NCBI GenBank assembly: GCA_043228905.1 | Contig: JBHGNT010000004.1 | Span: forward strand, 5,828,001-5,892,000 | Direction of reading: 5' to 3' | Origin: Azolla caroliniana | Lineage: Eukaryota > Plantae > Polypodiophyta | DNA: 64,000 nt | Part shown: positions 10,104 through 22,104 of the stretch, piece by piece | Numbering within the stretch: the stretch's first letter is position 1 | How the letters are laid out: each line of letters opens with the position of its first letter | Made by a program: the position numbers and the translations under genes | Notes under the pieces: generated by a model | Seen by the model: only the letters and a program-made list of their open reading frames with translations | The model's database searches: none | Told to the model about the DNA's origin: nothing

Positions 10104-12395
10104 TTGTTAACAACGTTTCTGCTCGACCGAAAAATTACGTTCCATGTCGATCACTCGGCGTTACTATATCTAGTCCACAAATTGCCACTGAATGGCCCAT
10201 TGGTACAATGGATGTTACTTCTCCAAGAATTCAAATTTGACATACACCATCCGCCAGAGGTAGAGCACGCAGTTGCAGACTATCTGAGTCGGCTCGAATG
10301 AGGGGAACTAGCCGAAACCGTATATGATGGTCTGCTCGATGCAAACATATTCAGTATTGACCCTACGACACCACATACCGAAATCGAGGATGATGGATAA
10401 ATGACATGTTTCACTTCTTCAGCACAGGACTTCCACCAGACCATTTGCCCCTAGATGCCAAGAAGCGGTTAGCAGTTTGCAGCCAGAACTTTTGCCTGTT
10501 CATTGATACGCTCTACCAGAAGGGCTCAGACGGCATTTGGCATCGCGTAGTGCAGCAGTTCGAAAAAGGCGCTATCCTACGGAAGCACATTACAATATAG
10601 CCAGGGGACACTATGCCGGAGATGCCACAGCTCGAAAAATTTGGCAGAGCGAGTTATGGTGGCCCACCACGAAAAAAGAGGCCCACGAATTTTGTAGGCA
10701 ATGCGATTCATGCCAGTGCATGGGCCAGGCCACAGAGCAAGCCCGAATGCCGCACCAATCAGTTCTTCCGTTAGAACCTTTCCAAAAGTGGAGGTTGGAT
10801 TTCATCAGCCCATTCCAATCGACCGTGACTCGAACCGGAAATTAATATATCATCGTGGCAACCGATTATTGCACAAAATGGGTTGAAGTGAATGCACTTC
10901 ACGAAAACACAACCATGTCTATGACCAAATTTGTTTATGAATATCTATGGTGTCAATTTTGCTGCCCAATCGAGCTAGTCAGCGACCAAGGCGGTCATTT
11001 TCTCAATCGACTTATTCGAGATCTCGCCACCCACTACGCGGTGTTGTAAAGGGATACGACTGACTACTGCCACCGTGATTCCCTACTTGCCTCAACTACA
11101 ACCACACATCTTGACTTGGTTCGATGATCCAACATTCCTTGGAGATCAACTTCATTCGACTTGACATTGGAGTTTATTTACATTCTAGACTCGAGTTTCT
11201 TTAGTATTATTGTTATTAGGGATTTATATGCATTATTTTATAGTCGAAATCATGTAATGTATTGCATGTGCACCATATAATACACATGCAAAGCTTCTCT
11301 ACGTGTGTGCCACATGGCCCACATGGCCCACATGGTCCACATGTTTTTTTATAACGCACATGCACAAGCTTCTCTAGGGGGTGCCACGTGGCCCACATGT
11401 AAAAGCATCCATTTATTATAAGAGGGGAAGATTATTGTCATGAGGGGGGGGGACAATCAAAGAGACATATTTTGTAAAGGGTTTTTTTTCTTCTCGAGGA
11501 AATAGAGATTTTCTATTTGGCATTCTTTCTTCTTCCGTGCTTGAGGGGTAGCTATGTATGGTGTTTTATTCATAACTCTCAATTCTAATGTCCGTTTTCA
11601 ATGTTCTATAGTTCGTTGGAAAACTCTTTCTAAGGGCTTTCAAATCTGTATCTGCACGCTTAATTTCGTTACATCAGTGGAACGATACAAGGATTTTTGT
11701 CTTCACGAGTACGGCTGCAAGCTACTCGTGGCTATTGGGATACTTTCGGCTCGGCTTCCAACTCTTCCCTTCCTTCTTATTTTCACTCTCTTAGTTCAAA
11801 ACCCCACTTGTTCCGCCTAGCCATACCAATTTTTTTTGACGCGGCATGCTTTGACACGACAATGGTAAGGCATAAGAAAAGCACGTCGTATTATCCTCAA
11901 GCCAACGACTTGGCGGAGTCAACGAATAAGATACTGCAAAACATCCTCAAGAAAATCGTGAACGAAAATCGAACCGATTGGGATGACAAGCTCCACAATG
12001 CACTTTGGGCATATCGGACGACGTTTAAGACCAGTATCAAATACACCCCTTTTCGCCTGGCTTACAGTTTGGAGGCAGTAATGCCTATTGAATTCCAGGT
12101 ACTAAGTGTACGGGTCTAGATCACCACACGACTTTCCAAGTCCAAGTTAGAGAAGAAACTATTCAAGCAATTATTTGAACTCGGCGAACATCGAATCGAT
12201 CGCTAGTTTGGGCCGATTAGAACACAATCAGCGGCAATGGAAAGCCTTTGTCGATCGACATCGAAAAGACTCAAAGAAATCATTCGAAATAGGCAAACCA
12301 GTCCTCTTGTTTCAAACTCGGCTTGGCTCGATGCCAGGAAAGCTCCGTTTTCAGTGGACATGGCCCTTATGGATTATCGACGAATTTAACGAAAT
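10104..12395 (+). mobile_element. Decayed non-chromovirus Ty3/gypsy RNase H-integrase, left part (continues at 28166)
   Basis: WMLLLQEFKFDI..ADYLSR, HHCC (GHYAG..CDSCQ), LDFI, SDQGGHF, YYPQAN..AES, ALWAYRT..TPFRL; many stops. Confidence 0.9.
11045..11861 (+). mobile_element. Probable solo LTR inserted in the integrase
   Basis: TGTAA...GACA ends interrupt the reading THYAV|VRHKKS; internal TATA-like box; target-site duplication degenerate; orientation tentative. Confidence 0.65.
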
Positions 12396-13488
12396 TGTAA
12401 AGAATCGGGTATGATTCTTGTGTAGCGGAAGAGATGTGTGTTATGTGTATGTGTGAGAGGAATTAGAGGAGAGATGAGAGAACACTAGATAGATAGACAA
12501 GAGAAATAAAATACTCAAGAAGGTGTATATTTCACAAGTAGAATAAGAATTACAAAATGTAGCATAATAAGGAGTCACAACCGACTTTGTATGAAGTATG
12601 AGGAGGGTGCTTTATATAGAATCGCCCTCTCTCTTCATTAACTTTACAACAACCACTCTCTCTCTTGGGGAATGTGAAGACTCATAGTCATGGGGAATAT
12701 GTAACTCATTAGTTATGTGTCATGGAATATGATTCTATGACACATAGTTAATGTGTAGAGAGTAGTGATGTGACTCTTGACCTTTGAGTAATCATGGATT
12801 CTCAAAAGGTGTGTTCACACGTGGCACTATGTTGAGCTTGATTCTCAACAGGCCCCCTCAAGCTCAACTCGGATGATCTCCGGTGTCCGCTTCGGCTCGT
12901 ACCCGGTTCGGACGGTATTCAGTTCTCGCTTGTACTCCCCCTCAAGCTTGGCAACTCAGGGATCGTCAATCCAAGGCCTGACATGAATTGCCGAAGCTTG
13001 TCGGCTCCTAAGGCTTTGGTGAAGATGTCGGTCTTCTGAAGATTCGTGTTGATGTGTTGAAGGTCGACATCTCCGGCCTGTACATGCTCTTGAATGAAGT
13101 GATAGTGCACTTCGATGTGTATTGTGCGCGCATGGAACATTGGGTTGCGAGCCAGATATATACTGCTCATATTGTCGCAGTAAATGGGAGTTGGATCCTT
13201 GATGGGGATGCCCAGATCCTTCAAAATCCTCTTGAGCCATACGGCTTCACATGCGGCTACTGCTACACCCTTGTATTCAGCCTCCGTATTCGAAAGGGCG
13301 ACGGTAGGCTGCTTCTTACTACTCCAAGATATTGCTCCGCTACCGAGCGAGAAGACAAATCCGGAGGTCGATCGTTGATCGGCTTTGTAGCCTGCCCAGT
13401 CCGCGTCTGTGTACCCTTCGAGTCATATTGGTGTGGCCGATGCATAGAGAACGTCGTAATCCATTGTGCCGCTCACGTATCATAATAC

Positions 13489-14727
13489 TCACTTAGCGCA
13501 ATCCAAGTGAATGTGGCGTGGTTTTTGCATGAATTGGCTGAGGAGTCCGACTGGATAGCTAAGGTCAGGTCGAGTGATCGTGAGATAGATGAGGCTCCCG
13601 ATCAGTTGACGATATTGGGTCGGCTCGCACTCATCTGTGCCGGAGTCAGCATCTAGTTTGAGGTTTCGATCGAGAGGCGTAGCGACCAATTTGCACTCAA
13701 TCATCCAGAACTTGTATAACAAGTTGAGAATGTAGTGCCGTTGAGAGATCATAATGCCGGCTGGAATCCGAATTACTTCGATGCCAAGGAAGTAATGGAG
13801 CTCCTTCATGTCCGTCATCTCAAATTTTCCAGAGAGGAGGGACTTGACCTTGTTGATGTCGACTAGACTTTCACCGCCAATGACCAGATCATCCACGTAT
13901 AGGATGATAACAATTAAGCTTCTAGAGTCATGTCGTACGTAGAGGGAGTTGTCGGATTTCGACATTTGAAAGCCGATTTGATGAAGATATTGCGTAATCT
14001 TCGAATGCCAAGCACGTGGTGCTTGCTTGAGGCCGTAGAGAGGCTTCTTGAGTTGGCATACGGCTTTTGGATGACTGCGCGATTCGAAGCCAGTTGATTG
14101 GACCATGTACACCTCACCTAATTCTCCTTGAAGAAAGGCGTTCTTGATGTCCATTTGGTGGAGGTGCCATCCTTTTGCTGCTGCAAGTGCGATCACGGTC
14201 CGCATCGTCGTCATCTTTGCCACCGGGGCAAAGGTCTCTTCGTAGTCGACGCCATGTGTTTGTGCGTATCCTTTCGCTACGAGTCGAGCTTTATAGCGAT
14301 TGACGGAGCCATCGGCATTATACTTCACCTTGTAGATCCATTTGCAGTCTATTGCCTTCTTGTGCGATGAGTGGGGAACGATATCCCATGTGTCGTTCTT
14401 GCGTAGTGCACGCATCTCCTCGTTCATTGCTTCGATCCATCGGGGGTCCTTCGCGGCTTCGGAAAATGTTTCCGGCTCCCGTACTGTTGCAACCTTCATC
14501 ATAAAGGTGTAATAGTACGCCATGTACTCATCGTAGCTGAAGTGGTTTACAGGGTTCTTTGCATGGGTGGATCGACGTAGCTTCTCGTTTGCGGATTCTA
14601 AGGCTTTCTTCACTCCATTTGTCTGGATATCAAGGCCTTCGAACTCACTATCGAGGGAATGAGTCAATTCGTTGCCATCGAAATGAGCGTCTTCATACTC
14701 TGGCATTTTGGCCTTACCTTTGTCCAA
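13489..14727 (-). pseudogene. Copia A reverse transcriptase segment
   Basis: [36 protein letters not shown]; flanked by disrupted frames. Confidence 0.9.
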
Positions 14728-15956
14728 CTTCGGACTTGGTCGAGATGTGCTTTGATCGTAGGCTCTTGTGGTCTGCTCAGTTAGGTTGTGATCGGACTTT
14801 CTTCGAACATGCGCGTAAAACGATCTTCATCCTCTATCTCTTGTTCAGCGGATTCCGGGTCGAGCGGAATCGGAGTCGAAGTTGTCTCTGGTGCGTACCA
14901 GGATGCGAACTCGTCAAAAACGACGTCTCGACTTACTCGAGATTTTCGAGTTGAGGGGTTGTAGCATTTATACCCCTTTTGCTCCAGTGAGTATCCTACG
15001 AGGATACATTTCTCTGACTTTGGGTCAAGCTTTTGACGCTTCTCATCGGGGATGTGCACGTACGCAAGGGAGCCGAATATCCGAACATGTGATATGTCCG
15101 GCTTCTTTTTGAAGAACTTCTCGTGCGGAGTAAGTTCGTGCACACCCGATGTTGTACACTGATTCATGAGATAGACGGCCGTGTTAGCTGCTTCCGCCCA
15201 ATACGATTTTGGCATGTTCTTTTCGTTAAGCATAGCCCGTGCCACTTCGAGGATGTGTCGATTCTTGCATTCAGGCCACTCCGTTTTGTTGTGGCGTATG
15301 TCGACACGAAAACTCTCGTCGTATTCCTTCTTTTCGTAGAAATGTTGTAAATTCGTCGGAGAAGTACTCCTTGCCTCCATCCGACCGAAGACATCGTACA
15401 TGTCGGCCCGTGCCTTTCTCGACTTCATTCTTAAATTTTTGGAAGTGTCTGAACACTACGCTCTTTTGTCGCATTGGGTAGATCTAAGTGTGCCTAGAGA
15501 AGTCGTCGATGAAGGTCATGTAGTATTGGCATCTACCGAATGTCGTCGTTTGAGCCGGTCCCCATACATCGGAATGAATTACGTCGAGTACGCCTTTGCT
15601 CATGTTCCGCTCCTTCGGAAATGGGTGCTGATTTTGCTTGCCGAATTGGCAAGCAACACACGCGCCTTCAATCTCTTTCTTTGTGAATGTCAGGAGCCCG
15701 ATGACGACTCCTTTCGATTACATTGCCTTGAGCTTTTGGAGGTTGATATGGCCAATCCGCTTGTGCCATAACTCTATGTCGGAATCGGCTTTCACGCCCT
15801 TTGCAAACATGACCGATTTCATCTTGTGTGAGTCGAGAATGAACATTCGGCCCTCTCTTCGTCCGCATGCGATGAGTCGGCCCTCTTTTCGATGAAGCAA
15901 CTGTTGGGATTACGGTCCCTCCGGATGGGATGGTCAGATGTCCGGGAATCGGGAAT

Positions 15957-16040
15957 GAAGACCCCGGCTACGGAGCCGGATGATGAAGACCCCGGCTACG
16001 GAGCCGGATGATGAAGACCCGGTTTCGGAGCCGGATGACG
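15957..16040 (+). repeat. ~27-bp tandem repeat in the copia B LTR U3
   Basis: GAAGACCCCGGCTACGGAGCCGGATGAT-like unit about three times; repeated in the 3' LTR at ~20649-20732. Confidence 0.85.
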
Positions 16041-16535
16041 AATGTACCCGGAAGAGATCCGGATGCGGGGACATATTTGTGAATATGTTTGCCAAGGGCC
16101 CTCGAGGCTATACTTGTAAATAGCCCGAAAGTCATATGTGTATAAATATGACTTAGGGCAAACAGTTTTAATGTTGTTGCTCATTTTTCTGGTTTTCCAC
16201 TTAGAGGGAGCTAAGTGAGCAGCCGAGAGAGAGAGAGAGACGAAGAGGTTGTTGCCTCTGTGTATTACCGCCGCCTGTGGCGAAGACAGTGAGCTCAAGG
16301 TTGTTGCCTTGTAGCTTCACCATTGTACATCTCTGTTTATAGTGATAGTTGGAGTTTGAGGACTCCCGTGGTTTTTCCCATTTAGGGTTTTCCACGTAAA
16401 ACATCCTATGTACTCTTCTCTCTATTGTCTTCGTGCATTTTGTATTTCCTGTTTTCTGTGAGTTGATCCTATTCCTCGGTGGTGGCCGAGCACTGTGGTC
16501 AGCAAAGTGGTATCAGAGCGACGGTAACACAGAAA

Positions 16536-19500
16536 ATGGAAGGCGGCGGTAGTGGGCCTCCGGGCATGATGGTGTTGAACTCACAGAACTACGCCGACTG
16601 GAAGATAAAGATGGAAGACCTTCTCATCGTCCGAGACCTGTATGAACCGATCGACAATGCCGAGATACCCAAGGGGGTAATAGAGTCGGAGTGGAAGCTC
16701 CTGAACCGGAAAGCCGTAGCGACGATCCGGCAATATGTCGATGTAAGTGTTCTGCAACATGTGGCGAACGATACGAATGCCTATGAGATGTGGCAGAAGC
16801 TGTCCGGACTGTATGAGAGGAAGAATGCTCTGACCCGGACCTCCCTGATGAGGAAGATAGTGAATCTTAAGTACCGGGACGGCGAGAGCATGGTCGAACA
16901 CGTCAGCACGTTCATGGGATTCGTGAACCAGCTTGCGGCGATCAAGTTCCCGTTGGATGACGCAATGCAAGCCATCATGCTGATGTGTACCCTTCCGGAG
17001 AGCTGGGAGAACTTGGTAGTTACTCTCAGCACCTCCTGTAAGGAAGAGAACTTGTCTTTACTAACGGTAAAGACAAGTATTCTAAATGAAGAAGCGCGTC
17101 GGAGAGACAAAGAACCGGCCTCCGACTCGAAGGCGCTGCTTACCGAATCGGAACGGGGAAGACAACGGAACCGGAGTCTGCAAAGACGGGAGAAGTCGGG
17201 GACACGGTCGCAGTCGAGGGGAAGACCTACATGCTTCTACTGTGGGAAGCCGGGGCACTTCCAGAAGAACTGTCGGCATTTCCGGAAAGACAATGGAACC
17301 GACGGTACCGATTCGAAGAAGTCACCGGAGCGAAACGGTGCATACCGGGGAGCCACGGACCGGAGAGGTCCGGATCGGCGAGGGCAGGACCGGAAAGGAA
17401 CGACGGCACTCGCGGCAAGTGAAGAAGAGATAATGCTCATTACCGAAGAAAGGGAGCTGAACCTTGCCGGTGAAGAGATGACCTGGGTGGTCGATTCCGG
17501 AGCGTCGTTCCACCTGACCCCGGAGAAGAAATACTTCTCATCCTACACAGCCGGTGAGCACGACTGTGTCCGGATGGGAAATGAAGGTACATGCCGGATT
17601 GCCGGCATAGGAGACGTGTGGCTGATGACATCAACCGGATGCAAAATGTTGCTGAAGGATGTCCGACACGTTCTGGAGGTTCGATTGAACCTGATTTCGG
17701 CCGGGAGGCTAGACGATGAAGGCTACACAGGTAGCATCCGGAACGGCGTAATGAAGTTCAGCAAGGGGAGCCTGATAGTGGCTCGGGCCCGGAAAGTCAA
17801 CACACTGTACCTTATGAATGCATGGTTGTGTCCGGAGGAGTTGAACGTGGCAGCCGACACTGCTGGTGAGCTGTGGCACAAGAGACTGTGCCACATGAGT
17901 GAGAAGGGGATGAAGAGGCTTGCAGAAGACAACCTTATTCCAGTGAAGCACGTGCACCTAGAGAAGTGCACCGATTGCCTGGCCGGTAAGCAGAACCGAA
18001 CCTCCTTCCACTCAAGGCCACCGACGAGACGTAGCGCACCATTGGAGTTGGTGCACACTGACGTGTGTCAAGTAGAAACGAAGTCACATGGCGGAGCCCA
18101 GTACTTCGTGACATTCATTGATGACCACAGCCGGAAGCTGTGGACGGCACCGTTGAAGACAAAGGACCAAGTGTTGTGCGTTTTCAAAGAACTCCACGCG
18201 AGAGTGGAAAGGGAATCCGGCAAGAAGCTGAAAGCGATACGAGCGGATAACGGAGGGGAATACCGGGGGCAGTTCGAGGAGTACTGTCGCTCGAAGGGAA
18301 TCCGGCTCGAGTTTACTGTGCCGAAGACGCCGGAACTGAACGGGCTGGCCGAGAGGATGAACCGGACCATAATGGAGAGGGTCCGGAGTATGCTGGCGCA
18401 TGCGAAATTACCCAAGGGGTTTTGGGCTGAGGCAATGTCGACGGCGACATACGTGATAAACAGATCTCCCTCAGTACCTTTGGACGGAGACACGCCGCAG
18501 AGAGTGTGGACCGGTAGGGAAGTATCCTACCGGCATCTGAAGGTGTTCGGGTGTCTCGCATATGTGGATGTGGCAAAGGACCGGAGAGGAAAGCTAGATC
18601 CAAAGACCCGGCCATGCATATTCCTCGGTTACGGCGATGACGAGTTCGGCTACCGAGTATGGGACCCGGTCGACAAAAAGATATTCCGGAGTCGTGATAT
18701 CATCTTCATGGAGGACAAGACACTCACCGACTGGGAGTCGGAGAAGAAGATGAAGAGCTCCAGGTCGACCGGTGAGGATCACCTCTACAAGGAGCAGTCC
18801 CGACCGGCAAGGGACCGGTTAGCACTCGAGGATCCGGCCGAAGACGATGAAGAAACAGAAACGGCCGAGGAAGATGAAACTGATACCGGAACCGGCCCCG
18901 ATCCCGAAATGGATTCGGATGAAGAGGAAACGGAGGAGCCGGTTACCGAAGCTCCGGAACGGAGATATCCTCTAAGAGAGAGAAGGGCCCCCCGGAGATT
19001 TCCGGAACCAGAGCACGTGCTGCTAACCGACGAGGGGGAGCCGGAGAGTTTTGAAGAAGCAAAGCTTGACACCCATAGCCGCAGGTGGTTAAGTGCCATG
19101 CAGGAGGAGATGGATTCCCTGCATGAGAACCACACATATGAACTTGTGGAGTTGCCGAAAGGAAAGCGGGCACTTCGAAACAAGTGGGTATTCAAGCTGA
19201 AACCGGGAGATGCCGGAAACCCCCCAAGATACAAAGCCAGGATCATGGTGAAGGGGTTCCAGCAGAAGAAGGGCGTCGACTTCGACGAGATATTTGCCCC
19301 GGTAGTGAAGATGACCTCCATCCGGACGGTGCTGAGCATAGCGGCAAGCATGGACCTCGAGGTAGAACAGATGGACGTGAAGACGGCATTCCTTCACGGT
19401 GACCTCGAAGAAGAGATCTACATGCAGCAACCGGAAGGATTCGAGAAGAAAGGGAAGGAGCACCTGGTATGCCGGTTGAAGAAGAGCCTTTACGGACTGA

Positions 19501-20583
19501 AGCAGGCTCCCCGGCAATGGTACCGGAAGTTCGACTCTTTCATGACCGACGAAGGGTACCACAAAACGCAGTCCGATCGCTGCGTGTTTGTGAAGAAGTT
19601 CGAAGGAGGAGACTTTCTAATACTCCTCCTGTACGTGGACGACATGTTGATCGTCGGACGGGACCAGGTCAAGATATGGATGCTGAAGAAAGCGCCTGGG
19701 TCCGGCGAGGCAAATACTAGGGATGCACATCATCCGGGACCGGAAGAAGAAGCAGTTGTGGCTGTCACAGGAGAAGTACGTGACAAAGGTGCTTCACCGG
19801 TTCAACATGTCGGAAGCAAGACCGGTCGGGTCAACCCTCCCGGCAAACTGCAAGTTGTCCAGCAAGCAAAGCCCCAAGACAAAGGCTGAGAAGGAGGACA
19901 TGATGAAAGTACCATATGCCTCTGCCGTCGGAAGCTTGATGTACGCAATGGTGTGTACAAGACCGGACATAGGATATGCAGTCGGAGTGGTGAGCCGGTA
20001 CATGAGCAATCCCGACAAAGAGCACTGGAACGCGGCCAAGTGGATACTCCGATACCTGAAGGGCACGGCAAACGTGTGCCTCCGATTCGGCTCCGGTAAG
20101 CCCGAACTCGACGGCTTTACCGATTCGGATATGTCGGCTGATGCAGATACCAGCCGGTCCACATCAGGGTATGTGATGACGTATGCAGGGGGAGCTGTTT
20201 CGTGGCAGTCGAGGCTGCAGAAGACGGTTGCATTGTCAACCACGGAGGCGGAGTACATGGCGGCTGTTGAAGCCGGCAAGGAAATGATATGGATGAAGGA
20301 CTTCATTAGAGAGCTCGATATCCGGCAGGAGGAGTACCGACTCTACTGCGACAGTCAGAGTGCCATCCACCTTGCGAAGAATGCGGCCTATCACTCCCGG
20401 ACGAAGCACATCCAGCGAAGATATCACTGGATCCGGGAAAGGATAGAAGACCAGGAGTTCGTGCTGACGAAGATCCACACGGACGAGAACGGGTCAGATA
20501 TGCTGACCAAAGTGCTCACACCCGACAAGCTGGAAGCGTGCCGGAAGAGGGTCGGACTGGAAAGACATCCCATGCCGAAGTGA
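16536..20583 (+). pseudogene. Copia B gag-pol polyprotein, frameshifted by a ~26-nt deletion near 19694
   Basis: CCHC zinc knuckle, DSGA protease, integrase, RT YVDD, RNase H SDMLTK; lacks the LHRTFSMKD codons present in the 46286-50362 copy. Confidence 0.93.
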
Positions 20584-22104
20584 AGGGGGAGTTTGTTGGG
20601 ATTACGGTCCCTCCGGATGGGATGGTCAGATGTCCGGGAATCGGGAATGAAGACCCCGGCTACGCAGCCGGATGATGAAGACCCCGGCTACGGAGCCGGA
20701 TGATGAAGACCCGGTTTCGGAGCCGGATGACGAATGTACCCGGAGAGAGATCCGGATGCGGGGACATATTTGTGAATATGTTTGCCAAGGGCCCTCGAGG
20801 CTATACTTGTAAATAGCCCGAAAGTCATATGTGTATAAATATGACTTAGGGCAAACAGTTTTAATGTTGTTGCTCATTTTTCTGGTTTTCCACTTAGAGG
20901 GAGCTAAGTGAGCAGCCGAGAGAGAGAGAGAGACGAAGAGGTTGTTGCCTCTGTGTATTACCGCCGCCTGTGGCGAAGACAGTGAGCTCAAGGTTGTTGC
21001 CTTGTAGCTTCACCATTGTACATCTCTGTTTATAGTGATAGTTGGAGTTTGAGGACTCCCGTGGTTTTTCCCATTTAGGGTTTTCCATGTAAAACATCCT
21101 GTGTACTCTTCTCTCTATTGTCTTCGTGCATTTTGTATTTCCTGTTTTCTGTGAGTTGATCATATTCCTCGGTGGTGGCCGAGCACTGTGGTCAGCAGCA
21201 ACTGCCTTGATTAAATTGTACTTGCATTCCTTGCTCTACAATTTGGCCAACAGAGACCAAATTCTTCGTGATAGTTGGTACATGCAAGACATTTTTAATA
21301 TAAGTGTGCTTACCTTCTTCTCCGAACGAAACATTGCGGATGTGCCGAATCGGGTGCGTAGTATCGTCTCCGGTTTCGACATAGTTGGGTCGGTCCGGCT
21401 CTTGAAGTTCTCGGAACCATTCTTGATGCGACGTCATATGGTTCAAGGCACCGGAATCGACGAACCATATGTCCTCCGAACCAGAGGCATTAGTAGAGGT
21501 AGAAGCCGACATAGATTTCGCTCTGTCTCATCACGAACATTCCACCGCGATCGTCATAAGCGGAGTTGATGGCACACTTGGTGAGTTGTCAGCTAGTGGA
21601 AGCCGACTCGCGTATCTTCTTACGGAATTCTTCTTCGTGGTGGCCGATTTTTCTGCAATATCCGCATTCGACCGAGCTTTGTCGGTTCGGACAGGATTGG
21701 AAGCTCCCCCTTCTTCCGAAGGTTCCTCGATGGCTTCCGTCTTGATGCCGAAATTGCGAATTGTTTTTGTAAACCGGGCCTTGTCCGCCTCATCCGCCAC
21801 GTCCTTGGCCGAATCGGCCTCTTCTTGCACGGTCGCGTCCTCTTCCTTCGTCCGAATGCGTGTAGAGCACTTGGTGTCAGGAATCGACGGGTTCCCAAGT
21901 GCGTTCGCTCGGACTATAACCAACCCAATCGACCAAATAATAAAGTTTGTTGCGAATAAGTTTGGAATCGAGGATGGCCGCAACTTCATACTCCGGGCCG
22001 GCGTCCAACTCCAGCGGGGGCGGCGGTGGTGTAACACGATCGGCAATGGTGTTTGCTTTATAAGGTTCAAGAAGAGAACAATGGAAAACCGGATGTATCT
22101 GAAG

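Larger units (their letters stand above)
15902..21197 (+). mobile_element. Ty1/copia element B (Tork/Tnt1-like), young, nested in A
   Basis: LTRs 15902-16504 and 20594-21197 differing at a handful of sites; perfect TSD GCAAC; PBS 16508-16519; PPT GAAGTGAAGGGGGAG before 20594. Confidence 0.97.

Noticed and set aside
16581-20478. Numerous antisense ORFs shared by copia B, H and J (e.g. 170 aa MKSFIHIISL..)
   Set aside because: Expected shadows of a GC-rich sense ORF, shared only because the copies are nearly identical.
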